Shown: positions 37,010 through 47,850 of the stretch, in pieces
How positions within the stretch are numbered: position 1 is the stretch's first letter
Layout: each line of letters opens with the position of its first letter
Source of the DNA: Limisphaerales bacterium
GTDB taxonomy: Bacteria; Verrucomicrobiota; Verrucomicrobiia; Limisphaerales; SIBE01
Direction: 5' to 3'
NCBI GenBank assembly: GCA_044225505.1
Contig: JBGAIN010000011.1
Coordinates: forward strand, 1 to 64,000
Length of the DNA: 64,000 bases
The notes under the pieces: generated by a model
The model's database searches: none
What the model saw: only the letters and a program-made list of their open reading frames with translations
Told to the model about the DNA's origin: nothing
Position numbers and translations under genes: made by a program

Positions 37010-38026
37010 TCACCCGGTAATTTCGTTGATCTGAGAAAAGTAACCGGACCAAAACGCGATGATTTGCCGGGCGATAACCAACATGATGATCAGGTAAAGC
37101 AAGCGAGGCATCCATTGGGCCATGGCCCGGAATTTAGCGATAGCTTCGTCCTGGTAATGCCGGTAAAGGCGATGCAAGGTGCTATCCAATTGGCCACTGA
37201 CTTCCCCTGTCGCGTAAAGGCTGACGAAAAGATCGGGAAAGCGTCCGCTGGCGCGAACGGCTTCGGCTGGCGTTTGGCCCGCGAGCACATCTTGCCGCCA
37301 TTGCAGGACCGTCCGGCGGAGCGCCGGAGAGCCACTGGCCGCTGCGGCCAATTCCCACGCTTCAATGATCGTGACGCCGGCGTTCAACAGGCTTTCCAGG
37401 GCGATGGAAAGGCGAGCCAAGGCCAGCTGAGCCCACGCTTTGCCCAGGATCGGAATCCATTGCATCGCACGCTCCGCCCAACGGCGCCAGAATTCGGCGT
37501 GGTTCGCGCGACCGAGATAAAGCAGCAGGAAGACGCCGCCGTAGAGAGGCAGAAGAATGGCCGCTTTGGCCATGATGAACGGCACCGCCTCGCCCTGCAA
37601 CACCAAGCGGGTCAGGAGTGAAACAGGAAAAAGGAGGATGGCGAAGTGAAGGACAAATACTGGATAAGCCAAATCCGAAAAGACCTGGTGCAGGAGTCGG
37701 CCGCATTCACTGTAATATTCAGAAAGATAACGGCAACATAGGTCAAGACGGCCACTCGTTTCGCCAGCTTGCACAAGGGCAACATCAAATGCGGGTAACC
37801 AGCGAGGCGCCGCGGTTTGAAGCGCATCGGAAAAAGTTGCGCCTTCTTCGATGGCGGCAATGACACGCTGGAGCGGGCGCGAAAAAGAACGGCTGAGGCG
37901 GGCGTCCCGAGCCATCCCCAACGCGGAGGGGAGGCTGATCCCGGCGGAAATCAACGTCGAGAGCTGGTGGTAGAGATCAGCCCGTTGGCTGAACTGCCGC
38001 GGGGTCAGCAGGAGCGGCATAACCAC
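37010..38026 (-). CDS. Type II secretion/type IV pilus platform protein (GspF/PilC family)
   Basis: QLSTLISAGISL..G.TFSDAL..GETSGRLD; second repeat LLNAGV..GEVSGQLDSTL; TM helices. Confidence 0.88.
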   Translation of the reverse strand: MVMPLLLTPRQFSQRADLYHQLSTLISAGISLPSALGMARDARLSRSFSRPLQRVIAAIEEGATFSDALQTAAPRWLPAFDVALVQAGETSGRLDLCCRYLSEYYSECGRLLHQVFSDLAYPVFVLHFAILLFPVSLLTRLVLQGEAVPFIMAKAAILLPLYGGVFLLLYLGRANHAEFWRRWAERAMQWIPILGKAWAQLALARLSIALESLLNAGVTIIEAWELAAAASGSPALRRTVLQWRQDVLAGQTPAEAVRASGRFPDLFVSLYATGEVSGQLDSTLHRLYRHYQDEAIAKFRAMAQWMPRLLYLIIMLVIARQIIAFWSGYFSQINEITG

Positions 38027-38045
38027 TCAGCAGCCTGGAGATCAA

Positions 38046-38363
38046 TCAGGTGACCAATCGATCCAGGTTTGCTTTGAGATCACGCTTGCTTCGCAGTCCG
38101 ACGATTTGGTCAGCAACCTCACCGTTTTTGAAAACGAGCAACGTTGGGATGGCGCGGATGCCATGTTGCGTCGCTAGAGCTTGTTGATCGTCGATATTGA
38201 CTTTCCCTATTTTCAAACGCCCGTCATACTCTTGGGCGATTTCATCGAGAATAGGGGCAATCATCTTGCAAGGCCCGCACCATTCCGCCCAAAAATCAAC
38301 CAAGACGGGCACGGGCGATTTCAGTACTTCCTCGCCGAAGTTGGCTTCAGTTAAAGTCAGCAT
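38046..38363 (-). CDS. trxA: Thioredoxin
   Basis: [37 protein letters not shown]. Confidence 0.95.
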   Translation of the reverse strand: MLTLTEANFGEEVLKSPVPVLVDFWAEWCGPCKMIAPILDEIAQEYDGRLKIGKVNIDDQQALATQHGIRAIPTLLVFKNGEVADQIVGLRSKRDLKANLDRLVT

Positions 38364-38420
38364 GTTTGCTAGGAATTGAGAGACTCCCAAATTCAACGCA
38401 TCCCGAACATCCTGAGGCGT

Positions 38421-38825
38421 TTAGGAGGCCAACAGGAACACCCGAACAAGCGCCAGTAGACAAACTACCGCCGCCGCGATGGCCAATCCTTTGTCGACCA
38501 TGCTAAGCGACGAGGCCGCGGGCAAGGGACGGGGAGCAGGTGCGGGGCGAGGAGCAGCTGCTGGTGCTGCCACAGCAGGCCGAGCGGCGGAGGCTGGCGC
38601 TGGAGCCGCGGTCGCGGCAGGTGCGCCAGTTCCAGCGGCGACAGGTGCTGCCGGAGCTGGAGTTGCCGCTGCTACTGCGGCCGGAGAGGGAATCTTGATG
38701 GTCGGCGCTGCCGTCGGCTTTGGAGGCAGGTTGATGCGCACCGTTTCCTTCTTCGGCTGCACTTTGGCAGATTCAGAGGGCTTTGGTGGAACGGCCCCGG
38801 GTGGGGTAGGAGTGTTCTCAGCCAT
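38421..38825 (-). CDS. Pro/Ala-rich hypothetical protein with C-terminal TM helix
   Basis: KVQPKKETVRINLPPKP motif, low-complexity AP linker, C-terminal hydrophobic segment; good promoter upstream. Confidence 0.75.
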   Translation of the reverse strand: MAENTPTPPGAVPPKPSESAKVQPKKETVRINLPPKPTAAPTIKIPSPAAVAAATPAPAAPVAAGTGAPAATAAPAPASAARPAVAAPAAAPRPAPAPRPLPAASSLSMVDKGLAIAAAVVCLLALVRVFLLAS

Positions 38826-38848
38826 AACGTCTTCTAGATTATTGGCTC

Positions 38849-38877
38849 AAACTAGGTGCCGCGCTGGCCCGTGTCAA
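38849..38877 (-). promoter_or_regulatory. Sigma-70-type promoter for the hypothetical-trxA-gspF-aminotransferase run
   Basis: TTGACA (38877-38872), 17-bp spacer, TAGTTT (38854-38849), ~24 nt upstream of ATG 38825. Confidence 0.6.
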
Positions 38878-38940
38878 ATGGTTATTACGGGAACCAGCGC
38901 TATTAACCGACCGAAAGCATGAAGCCGCTTTCGCGGTGCC

Positions 38941-39291
38941 TTAATAGCGCTCGCGACGTCCACCTTCGCGATCGCCGCCGTCTCGACCTCCGCGGTAACC
39001 ACCGCCACCACCACCGCCACCGCTCCGCGGCGCTCGTTCTTCACGAGGACGGGCAATGTTCACGGTCAGGGCGCGCCCTTGCAGTTCTTTGCCATGGAAC
39101 ATTTCCACGGCCCGATTGGCTTCCTCCGGAGTGGAGAACTCAACGAAGGCGAATCCCCGCGATTTTCCGGTGAACTTGTCGAGCATAAGAGTCACCGAAG
39201 TTACCACACCGGCCTGCGCGAAAAAGTCTTGCAGGTCTCGGTCCATGGTCTGATACGAGAGATTACCAACGAAGAGTCTGTTCTGATTCAT
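38941..39291 (-). CDS. RRM RNA-binding protein with Gly/Arg-rich tail
   Basis: RNP2 LFVGNL, RNP1 RGFAFVEF, GRALTVNIARPRE, GGGGGYRGG tail. Confidence 0.95.
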   Translation of the reverse strand: MNQNRLFVGNLSYQTMDRDLQDFFAQAGVVTSVTLMLDKFTGKSRGFAFVEFSTPEEANRAVEMFHGKELQGRALTVNIARPREERAPRSGGGGGGGGYRGGRDGGDREGGRRERY

Positions 39292-39422
39292 TTGACTTGT
39301 GGGATATTAGCACAAAAAACCAGGAGGGAGATTCTGCACTCGCACGAATCACTGAATGTCACTGAAGTTGGAGAACTGACAATCTGTCATACTGACACCG
39401 GCACTTCTGGTTTCTTGTGCTG
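39292..39422 (-). ncRNA. Candidate structured 5' leader (cis-regulatory RNA) of the RRM gene
   Basis: 15-bp closing stem AGCACAAGAAACCAG (39421-39407) / CUGGUUUUUUGUGCU (39323-39309) with one G-U pair valid on the mRNA strand; inner hairpin UGACA-GAU-UGUCA; repeated UUCAGUGA. Confidence 0.5.
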
Positions 39423-39428
39423 GGTGGC

Positions 39429-39456
39429 ACCCTATCAAACCGGCGCTAGGAGTCAA
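39429..39456 (-). promoter_or_regulatory. Sigma-70-type promoter of the RRM gene
   Basis: TTGACT (39456-39451), 16-bp spacer ending TGA, TAGGGT (39434-39429); predicted +1 near 39422. Confidence 0.55.
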
Positions 39457-39507
39457 CGAGAGATTCAGCGGGCGAGATTCCGCTACGGCCGCTTGACCTT
39501 CCTGACC

Positions 39508-41745
39508 TCACGCCAGAGCTGGTTCTCCCTGGAGCACTTGGGTAACGGCGGCGGCAACTTCGTCCAAGCGAAACGGCTTGGAAAGGTGCGGGTTTCCAAC
39601 CTCGTCAAGGAAGGCTCGCGTTTCCTGGTTCACAACGTCTCCGGTTACAAAAACGATCCGTTTGGCCAGGCTAGGTTGCTCCTGGCTAAGCCTTTCGTAG
39701 AACTCGCGCCCGTTCATCAGAGGCATCCGAAAATCAGAAAGAATCAGATCGAAGGACTGTTCCTGGACTAGTTCCAGCGCCTGGAGCGCTGAGCCAGATG
39801 TGACGGTGGTATGACCCAGCGTCGTCAGCAACTCGGCAAGCAGTTCGGCCAGAACGGGCTCGTCATCAAGGACCAAAATATGGGCACGGGGCTGGTTGGC
39901 CGGGTTGACAAGGGGAGCGGTCTCCGGGAGCGGCAGGGTGCCTTCCTCAGTTCCCGTGACTTGTGCTTCGACAATCGGGAGTTCGATAATGAAGGCGGCT
40001 CCGCCCCCAGGTGGCGTTTGGCAGTAAATCCGGCCGTGGTGTTCGGCGATGATGCTATGGGCAATCGAAAGTCCTAGCCCCGTCCCGCATCCTACAGGTT
40101 TAGTCGTGAAGAACGGTTCGAAAATATGGGGCAGCGCGTCCGGCGCGACGCCTGGCCCGCTATCTTCTACCTGGATCAGGATGATGTCGCCGCGCAACCG
40201 GGTCGAAATCTTTAGCCGTCGGTTCCCGGGCCATTCGGCCAAGGCGTGAAGAGCGTTGCCGACCAAGTTGACGAGCACTTGCTCGAGTTGTGAGGCGTCC
40301 GCCTCTGTTTTTGGAATGGTACCGTCCAAGTTCAGTTCCCGTTGCACTCCTAGTATGCGGAGATCCATTTCGCGCAGTTCCATGACCCGTTGAACCATGC
40401 GATTCAAGTCGACCGCTTCATGCCGCGCCGCCCGTTCGCGGGCGAACGACAAGAAATTGCTGACGAGTTTTGCCGCGCGATTGCTTTCGTGGACAACTTT
40501 CTCCAAGTCAGCGCGGGTTTGAGGGGCAAGATCGTGGCGAGAAAGAACGAGATCGAGGTATCCTTTAATAACGGCGAGGGGATTGTTCAATTCATGGGCG
40601 ATCCCAGAGATCATCTGACCGAGCGCCGACAGTTTTTCCGCCTGTCGTAATTGCTGTTCGAGGCGCGTCCGTTCGGTGATCTCGTGAAAGAAGAACTGAT
40701 AGGCAGGCTTCCCATCGAATTCCAAAGGCGCACCTGCGACTTCGGCTGGCAGCACCGTCCCATCGGATCGGATCAATTCCAGACGCGGTTGTTTGGTCAA
40801 AGCCGCATACCATTCCGGGCCGGTCGCGGGATGAGAGCCGTCCGCGCTTGGCTGGAGCCGAATGAAGCTGCTCAATCGCTGGGGCGGTGACTCGACGGCG
40901 GAGAAACGGAGCAATCGGCAAGCAGCTTCATTCATCTCCAGCAAATGCAGATCATCCGCTGAAGCGATGATAATGGCTTCGCTAGCCTGTGCGAAAAGGG
41001 TGCGATAGCGTTCCTCCGTTGACTGAATCTTTGTCCGCAGATCATCGCTTTCCGTCTTTTGACTCGCGATTTCACAGAGTGCGAGTTGATTTGTCGTTCG
41101 AGCTTCCTCGAGCACGAGGATGATCATGCTGACGGCAATAAAAAGCTGCAGGATCGCGGAAATGAAAAAGCCCGAGGCGATCATCGGCGCGGAGGATTCC
41201 CAAATGGGGTAGCAACCGAGGTAACCCGCCCAGAGCAGAAATCCCACCGACAAAAGCCCGGCTCCCAAATAGAGGCAGCGATGTCTAACCTTATAAAAAC
41301 TGTAGGCTGTGAGGGCGCTGCCCAGCCCCATCAACGCAAACACACCGACTTGCATCCAGTGAAGGCCGCTTCCGTGGAACGCTCCCAAGTAACTCCAAAC
41401 CAGGAGAAATCCCATGAACAGTCCGAAAACGCGCTCAGAGGTCGGCTGCTCTAGAAATGCGGCTGCGCCCCAAAGCAAAAACATGGCGGAAATGCCCACG
41501 CTGCAGTGCTTGAGCATGAGTTGCCACGGGTTCGCCCCATCTTCACCAAGAACCAGCGAAAGGGTCAGCCAGAGCGCGTAGAACAACCAGGCAGCATTCC
41601 AAATCGCGAAGTAACGTCGTTTGGTATACGCGTTAAGATAAAAGAATAGACCGACTAAAACCCAGACGCTCAGCAACGATACAACCAGCGCCGGTTTCAA
41701 GTATTCCCCTGGGAAGTTGAAAATGTATCCGTTCGTTATGAACAT
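39508..41745 (-). CDS. Membrane-bound hybrid sensor histidine kinase (multi-TM, PAS, HisKA, HATPase, REC)
   Basis: About 7 TM helices; ERYRTLF PAS; AHELNNPL H-box; NLVGNA, DSGPG, FFTTK, GTGLGL; receiver LVLDDE..LSDFRMP..KPF. Confidence 0.92.
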   Translation of the reverse strand: MFITNGYIFNFPGEYLKPALVVSLLSVWVLVGLFFYLNAYTKRRYFAIWNAAWLFYALWLTLSLVLGEDGANPWQLMLKHCSVGISAMFLLWGAAAFLEQPTSERVFGLFMGFLLVWSYLGAFHGSGLHWMQVGVFALMGLGSALTAYSFYKVRHRCLYLGAGLLSVGFLLWAGYLGCYPIWESSAPMIASGFFISAILQLFIAVSMIILVLEEARTTNQLALCEIASQKTESDDLRTKIQSTEERYRTLFAQASEAIIIASADDLHLLEMNEAACRLLRFSAVESPPQRLSSFIRLQPSADGSHPATGPEWYAALTKQPRLELIRSDGTVLPAEVAGAPLEFDGKPAYQFFFHEITERTRLEQQLRQAEKLSALGQMISGIAHELNNPLAVIKGYLDLVLSRHDLAPQTRADLEKVVHESNRAAKLVSNFLSFARERAARHEAVDLNRMVQRVMELREMDLRILGVQRELNLDGTIPKTEADASQLEQVLVNLVGNALHALAEWPGNRRLKISTRLRGDIILIQVEDSGPGVAPDALPHIFEPFFTTKPVGCGTGLGLSIAHSIIAEHHGRIYCQTPPGGGAAFIIELPIVEAQVTGTEEGTLPLPETAPLVNPANQPRAHILVLDDEPVLAELLAELLTTLGHTTVTSGSALQALELVQEQSFDLILSDFRMPLMNGREFYERLSQEQPSLAKRIVFVTGDVVNQETRAFLDEVGNPHLSKPFRLDEVAAAVTQVLQGEPALA

Positions 41746-42150
41746 GGCCACCGGGTCCAGGCACACTCGGCCTGCGCGCGGCATTGACAGCACCGCGTCC
41801 CAACCACGCATTTGGTTCAGCAACCTCGATGCCGTGCGCAAACTTGTGAAAACGTGCGGCGGTCAGCTCAGTTCAGAAGGAAATTGTCCTGATTTCGAAC
41901 AGTTGGCTGGGTCGCCCGCGCTTTGGAGTTGAATCGCTGTGCCGCAATACCGGACCAGCGGCCTGGAAATCTCTTGCGGTGCTACCTCGAGTTTTGTATT
42001 AGATCGCGTTCGTAAGGTGGAGGTGGAGAATAAGCCGGTCGACTGAAAATCGACGTTGTGCTCAAGGGCAAGGCAAAAACCTATTGCCGCTCGTCGCCAC
42101 GGTTCCACCGCCTAGTTCAAGGAGCGATCAACCATCAAGGAGACAAGAGT

Positions 42151-42654
42151 ATGCCAAAGTACAAAACGTTCGATGAAGTTCCAGTGTGGCAGGAAGCAGC
42201 CCGCCTTTACGGCCGGGTCTTGGATGTTCTTGAAGAACCCAATCCCCCGTTAACGGCCGCTTTTCGTAATCAACTCGAGCGCGCGGCGTTGGCCATTTCA
42301 AGTTCGGTTGCGGAAGGCTATGAAACCCCCAAAACCGGTGATCTCCTAGCGCTGCTTGCCAACGCGCGCGGAGCTGCCGCTGAGGTGCAATCCATGGTGG
42401 CGGTGGTGAGTGCCCGTCCCAAAGTTGCCCGGATGCGCGAGTCGCTCGGTCAGATTCGTGTCTCTGCCGAAGAATGCGCGCGGCAATTGAGCGCATGGCG
42501 TATCTCCGTGGAGAATCCCGGGTTGACCAGGCGCGTTTCTGGAGATGGGGCCTCGACCGGTAGCAGTGCCGGAAAAACGCCGGCTCCGGAATACGCGTCG
42601 GGACTAGGCAGCGCGCGTGCCACGGGGACTGGAGGAGGCGAGCGCCGAGGGTAA
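42151..42654 (+). CDS. Four-helix bundle protein (23S rRNA IVP/S23-like family)
   Basis: YKTFDEVPVWQEA..FRNQLERAALAISSSVAEGYE..ARGAAAEVQSM. Confidence 0.8.
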   Translation: MPKYKTFDEVPVWQEAARLYGRVLDVLEEPNPPLTAAFRNQLERAALAISSSVAEGYETPKTGDLLALLANARGAAAEVQSMVAVVSARPKVARMRESLGQIRVSAEECARQLSAWRISVENPGLTRRVSGDGASTGSSAGKTPAPEYASGLGSARATGTGGGERRG

Positions 42655-42679
42655 TCTTCTCGCCTAGGACTCAGGCGGC

Positions 42680-43129
42680 TCACTCGGAGATCGATCTTGT
42701 GCGCCGCCTTTTATTCAAAATAGTGACGCACAGAATGAGGGGCAGCGCCATCAGGACGAGTCGGCCGCCACGATACCAAAGCGGGCTGGAGGCTTCCCGC
42801 CCGAATAGGCCTTCGCTCAGCAACTCGGCTTTGGCCGCATAAATGCCCAGGCTTGCCAAGGCCACCGAAACTATCAAAGAAATCGTTATGGAAAGAGTTC
42901 CTCCTAGGGAGCGAGTCAGCAAACGATAGGTTAAGAGACTCGCCGCTATCCAAGCGAACAGCAAAAACGCTGTCCAATCCCAGCGTGGTTTCCATTCAGC
43001 CAAGTTCCAGTAAAGGTCCAAGACCAAGCAACCGAGGTATAACGCGAGACCAGAAAACACCCAACCCAGGCCGATCCAGAGCTGCCTTTTGATTGGAGCG
43101 GGCGAAGCCTTTGGGTCGCGGGAAGACAT
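42680..43129 (-). CDS. Hypothetical membrane protein (~4 TM)
   Basis: Four hydrophobic segments; SPLWYRGGR. Confidence 0.6.
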   Translation of the reverse strand: MSSRDPKASPAPIKRQLWIGLGWVFSGLALYLGCLVLDLYWNLAEWKPRWDWTAFLLFAWIAASLLTYRLLTRSLGGTLSITISLIVSVALASLGIYAAKAELLSEGLFGREASSPLWYRGGRLVLMALPLILCVTILNKRRRTRSISE

Positions 43130-43229
43130 GGCGTCAAAGCTCTACTGTACGTTATTCGTGGAAGAAGTCCCTTCTTTTCCTCGGAATCGGAGTTGTCTTG
43201 CCTCGTGGCTGTTGGGCAGAGTGGGATTC

Positions 43230-45215
43230 ATGAGCGAGACGCGGGATTTATTTGCAGCCAGTTCGCCCGACATCTATCGGGTGCAAACCAAAGCCCATGG
43301 TCCGACCGGGAGTTTGCCGCTTACGGACGAAATGTTGCGGACGCGTCCGAGTGGGGACTTATTCGGCTGGACGCAGAATGCGGGCATGGGATGGGATGCG
43401 CGGGAGTTGGGGCGCAAGCAATTCCTCATACTCAGCACGCAAGGGGGCTTGCGAGCAACCGATGGCAAGCCGATCGCGCTCGGATACCACACCGGGCACT
43501 GGGAAATTGGGTTGCTCGTGGAGGCAGCGGCTCGCGAGTTTCACCGGCAAAAGACGATCCCATTTGCGGCTTTCTGTTCAGATCCGTGCGACGGACGAAC
43601 GCAGGGAACGTTGGGCATGTTTGACAGTTTGCCTTACCGCAATGACGCCGCGCTGATTTTTCGTCGCTTGATTCGGTCGCTGCCGACCCGCGCCGGAGTC
43701 CTGGGCATTGCGACGTGCGACAAGGGATTGCCCGCGATGATGATGGCCCTCGCCGGCATGAAGGAGTTGCCTTCGGTGCTGGTTCCTGGAGGAGTCACAC
43801 TCCCGCCTGAGAGCGGCGAGGATGCAGGCGCGATCCAGACGATCGGAGCGAGGTATGCGCACAATCTAATTAGTTTGCAGGAGGCCGCTGACCTTGGTTG
43901 CCGCGCTTGTGCCAGCCCGGGAGGGGGTTGTCAGTTTCTAGGAACCGCGGCGACGGCTCAAGTCGTGGGCGAGGCCTTAGGCATGAGTTTGCCCCATTCA
44001 GCACTGGCGCCTTCTGGACAGGCCGTCTGGACGGATATGGCTGCCCGTTCGGCCGAGGCTCTCTGTGCTTTAGAATCACAAGCCCTCCGATTGAAGGACA
44101 TCGTGACCTCGGAGAGCATTCGAAACGCCATGACGGTCCATGCCGCATTCGGCGGCTCGACGAATTTGCTCCTTCATATTCCGGCGATTGCGCATGCGGC
44201 CGGTTTGCCTCGGCCAACTGTTGAGGACTGGATTGCCATTAATCGACGGGTCCCTCGCTTAGTCGATGTGCTGCCAAACGGGCCGCGGCACCATCCCACG
44301 ATCCGTGTTTTTTTGGCGGGCGGAGTGCCGGAAGTAATGCTTCATTTGCGCGACCTCGGATTGCTGGCGACGGACGTTTTGACCGTGACCGGGCAATCGT
44401 TGGGCACGGTTTTGGCACAGTGGGAGGAATCCGAGCGGCGCCTGCGTTTTCGCGAAGTGTTAGAGAGCCAGGATGGGGTGTCACCGAATGATGTGATTAT
44501 GGGCCCAACCGAGGCGCGTGCGCGCGGACTCACCAGCACGCTCACGTTTCCCCGAGGGAATCTTGCGCCGGAGGGATCGGTGATCAAGAGTACCGCAATC
44601 GATCCGAGCGTGGTGGATGCCGACGGCGTCTATCGGCTCGAAGGCCGGGCGCGAGTGTTCGTGAGCGAGAAGCGCGCCATCGCTGCCATTAAAGAAGGCC
44701 AGATCAGCGCGGGCGATGTCCTGGTTCTAGCCGGTTGTGGTCCCATGGGAACAGGAATGGAAGAGACCTATCAACTCACGTCCGCATTGAAACATCTTCC
44801 GTTTGGTAAGAAGGTTGCTTTGATTACAGACGCTCGCTTTTCCGGAGTTTCAACAGGTGCTTGCATTGGACATGTCGGTCCGGAAGCGCTGGCTGGCGGA
44901 CCACTCGGCCGGGTGCGAGACGGCGACAGAGTTCGAATTGTCGTGGATCGTTTGAACTTGGAAGGCAGCGTGGATTTGGTCGGGGATGAAAATGGTCCGT
45001 GCACCTGGCAGCAAGGCGCGGAGATTTTGAATCGGCGCGCACCTCATCCGGAGTTGGCTGCAAATCCCCAATTGCCCGACGATACGCGTTTATGGGCCGC
45101 GCTGCAGGCAGCAGGAGGCGGCACGTGGGGCGGCTGCGTTTATGATACCGACGCCATCCTGGAGGCGTTGCAGCGCGCGCGACCAGGCGAAACCGGCCGC
45201 GCGGTGCTCGGATAA
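43230..45215 (+). CDS. YjhG/YagF family D-xylonate dehydratase (IlvD/Edd superfamily)
   Basis: [78 protein letters not shown]. Confidence 0.92.
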   Translation: MSETRDLFAASSPDIYRVQTKAHGPTGSLPLTDEMLRTRPSGDLFGWTQNAGMGWDARELGRKQFLILSTQGGLRATDGKPIALGYHTGHWEIGLLVEAAAREFHRQKTIPFAAFCSDPCDGRTQGTLGMFDSLPYRNDAALIFRRLIRSLPTRAGVLGIATCDKGLPAMMMALAGMKELPSVLVPGGVTLPPESGEDAGAIQTIGARYAHNLISLQEAADLGCRACASPGGGCQFLGTAATAQVVGEALGMSLPHSALAPSGQAVWTDMAARSAEALCALESQALRLKDIVTSESIRNAMTVHAAFGGSTNLLLHIPAIAHAAGLPRPTVEDWIAINRRVPRLVDVLPNGPRHHPTIRVFLAGGVPEVMLHLRDLGLLATDVLTVTGQSLGTVLAQWEESERRLRFREVLESQDGVSPNDVIMGPTEARARGLTSTLTFPRGNLAPEGSVIKSTAIDPSVVDADGVYRLEGRARVFVSEKRAIAAIKEGQISAGDVLVLAGCGPMGTGMEETYQLTSALKHLPFGKKVALITDARFSGVSTGACIGHVGPEALAGGPLGRVRDGDRVRIVVDRLNLEGSVDLVGDENGPCTWQQGAEILNRRAPHPELAANPQLPDDTRLWAALQAAGGGTWGGCVYDTDAILEALQRARPGETGRAVLG

Positions 45216-45230
45216 GAATCTCAGGGCTGA

Positions 45231-46552
45231 CTAGGCGATAAAGCTGTAGTCGTACGGCTTCCGCATTTCACGCGCCAGGAAACGATTTCCTTCCGCAGCG
45301 TTTTCACCGATGAATTCTTCCTTTTCCGGATCCCATTTCAAGGGCAGACCAAGGCGGACGGAGATCACGCCGAGGTGTGCGGTGCTGATGGAGCGATGAC
45401 CAATTTCGACGTCGCAGATCGGCTGCTTGCGTGTTCGAACGCAATCGAAGAAGTTGGCCATGTGATTGTCGCTCTTGTAGAGCCGGAGCGCGTCATCGGG
45501 CAGGGGTTCCGTCAATAGCTCAGGTTTACTCGCGTCGATTTTTCCCCGTGTCACAAAAATCCAGGCCCCTTTGTCGCCGACGAATTTGACACCGTTCGGC
45601 ACGACCTCGTCGTTAAGGATGATCATGTCGACGTCGTTGGCATATTTGAACTTGATGTAGTATTCGGAGGCGGCGTCGTATCCGCCTGGAATCATTTTCA
45701 CGAGCGAATGTCCGCTGACCTCAATGGGACCGGTGCGTTCGGTGCCGTTGCCCCACTGGGCGATGTCATTGTGGTGCGCGCCCCAATCTGTCATTTGACC
45801 ACCGGAGAATTGGTACCACCATCGAAATTCCAGTGGGAATTGTGTCCGTTGAAATCAACCTTAGGCGTTTGCCCGAGGTAAAAATCCCAATTCATTCCCT
45901 CGGGGACAGGTTGGGCTTTGAATGGGCCTTCGCGCGGCCCGGTGGGAAGCCCCACGATGATGCGGCGCAGTTTGCCGATACGTCCATTGCGGACGAGTTC
46001 GCAGGCGAGCCGGAAGTTGCGATCGCTCCGTTGCTGGCTGCCGACTTGAACGACGCGTTGGCTTTCTTTCACTGCTTTCACCAGGCGCTTTCCTTCGTCG
46101 ATGGTCAGCGTCAACGGTTTCTCCGTGTAAACGTCTTTGCCCGTTTTGACAGCGAGCAGATTCACTAGGGTATGCCAGTGGTCCGGCGTTCCGGTAATCA
46201 CGATGTGGACATCGTCCCGTTCCATTACCTTGCGAAAATCGTTGTAGACGATCGGACTGGTCTTGCCCTCGACCGTAAACCGCTTCGCGGCTTTCTCGGC
46301 CTGCTTCTGGTCCACGTCACAAACGGCAATGACATTGCCAAACCGGCGAGCCCCTTCACAATCGCCCGAGCCTTGACCTCCGCACCCAATGAGTGCGATT
46401 CCCGGGCGATCATTCGGGCTCGGCGGCGCGGCGTCCGCGGCCGAGGCTCCCTCTCGCGCCAGAAACCAGGCAGGCAACGCTACGCTCGCGGCCGCGATAC
46501 TCGAACTTTTCAAAAAAGAACGACGACCGACCAGACTATCAGAGGATTTCAT
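45231..46552 (-). CDS. Tat-exported Gfo/Idh/MocA oxidoreductase; one frameshift at ~45825
   Basis: GRRSFL; IGCGGQG; TPDHWH; EKPLTLT; GSQQRS; junction HWNF/RWWYQFSGGQMTDWGAHH is restored by one added base. Confidence 0.88.
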
Positions 46553-46658
46553 GCGCCGATTTCAGTCTGGTCCCGTCCGCGCGTCAACTGGGAATTCGCG
46601 CGAATGAGGCGCGAAAGTCCTTCACTCTACGGGCCGACATTATTACTCTCGCGCGGCC

Positions 46659-47798
46659 ATGAGTTCTCGACGATTCAAAATTGCAGCCCTTGCTGGGGAT
46701 GGCATCGGGCCGGAAGTGATGCGTGAAGCCATAAAGGTTCTGCGTGTCATCGAGCAGAAGTTTTCCGTCACGTTTCACATCACGGAGGCGCCCGTGGGAT
46801 GGGCAGGGATCGATGCCGCCGGTAAAGCCTTGCCCGACGCGACGCTGGCGCTCTGCCGGGAGTCGGACGCCGTCTTGTTTGGGTCTGTAGGCTTGCCCGA
46901 TCGCGATCCGACCTTGCCGAAGGACGAGCGTCCGGAACGGGCCGCGTTGCTTCGTCTCCGCAAAGAGTTTGAACTGTTTGCGAACCTCCGACCGGTGGTG
47001 TTGTGGAAGGAATTAACCCACACCTGTCCGTTGGTTCGCGAACGGCAAGGCGAAGGAATCGACCTGCTCGTGGTTCGCGAATTGACCGGGGGCATGTATT
47101 TCGGCCGCCCGAAACTGACAGAAGCGCTCGGGGATGGCCGGCAGCGTGCGATCGATACCATGGTCTACACGACCTCGGAAATCGAACGCATTGCCCACGT
47201 GGCGTTTCAAGCCGCGCGGCGCCGCGTCCGAAACGGGGCGCGAACGCGCGGCAAAGTAACGAGCATCGATAAGGCGAACGTGCTGGAGAATGGACTTTTG
47301 TGGCGCGACGTGGTCACGCGAGTCGGGACACACTATCGCGATGTCGAATTGGAGCATATGCTGGTCGATAATGCGGCCATGCAGCTGATGCTTCGCCCTA
47401 CACAATTTGACGTCGTGCTCTGTGAGAACATGTTCGGAGATATCCTGAGTGATGAAGCGGCCGCTTTGGTCGGATCGTTGGGGATGGTCCCGAGCGCCAG
47501 CCTGGGCGCCACCAAAGGGGATCAGGTCTTTGGCTTGTACGAACCGGCCGGCGGAACTGCGCCGGACATTGCAGGGAAAGGCGTCGCGAATCCTATCGCG
47601 CAGATTTTGTCCGCGGCTCTGATGTTGCTTTACAGCTTTAACCTGGACGAGGCCTATCAGGCACTGGTTCAGGCCGTTAGTCGGGCGATTGCATCGGGTC
47701 TTCGCACGGGAGACATCTTCGCCCGCATTGATCCAGGCGTTCGCAAAGTCGGAACTCAAGAGATGGGAGATGCGATCGCGGCGGCGTTGCGAGCTTAA
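46659..47798 (+). CDS. leuB: 3-isopropylmalate dehydrogenase
   Basis: GDGIGPEV, RPERAALL.LRK, FANLRP, VRELTGG.YFG, DKANVL, DNAAMQL, NMFGDILSDEAA, YEPAGGTAPDIAGKG.ANP. Confidence 0.95.
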   Translation: MSSRRFKIAALAGDGIGPEVMREAIKVLRVIEQKFSVTFHITEAPVGWAGIDAAGKALPDATLALCRESDAVLFGSVGLPDRDPTLPKDERPERAALLRLRKEFELFANLRPVVLWKELTHTCPLVRERQGEGIDLLVVRELTGGMYFGRPKLTEALGDGRQRAIDTMVYTTSEIERIAHVAFQAARRRVRNGARTRGKVTSIDKANVLENGLLWRDVVTRVGTHYRDVELEHMLVDNAAMQLMLRPTQFDVVLCENMFGDILSDEAAALVGSLGMVPSASLGATKGDQVFGLYEPAGGTAPDIAGKGVANPIAQILSAALMLLYSFNLDEAYQALVQAVSRAIASGLRTGDIFARIDPGVRKVGTQEMGDAIAAALRA

Positions 47799-47850
47799 CC
47801 TGGAGCCTCGAATTTGCCGTTGGTAACAAGTTGGGCCGACTTTCTAAGGT

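Noticed and set aside
42151..42654. Four-helix bundle protein as the Avd component of a diversity-generating retroelement
   Set aside because: No reverse transcriptase and no template/variable repeat pair with adenine-specific mismatches in the window; stand-alone four-helix bundle genes are common.
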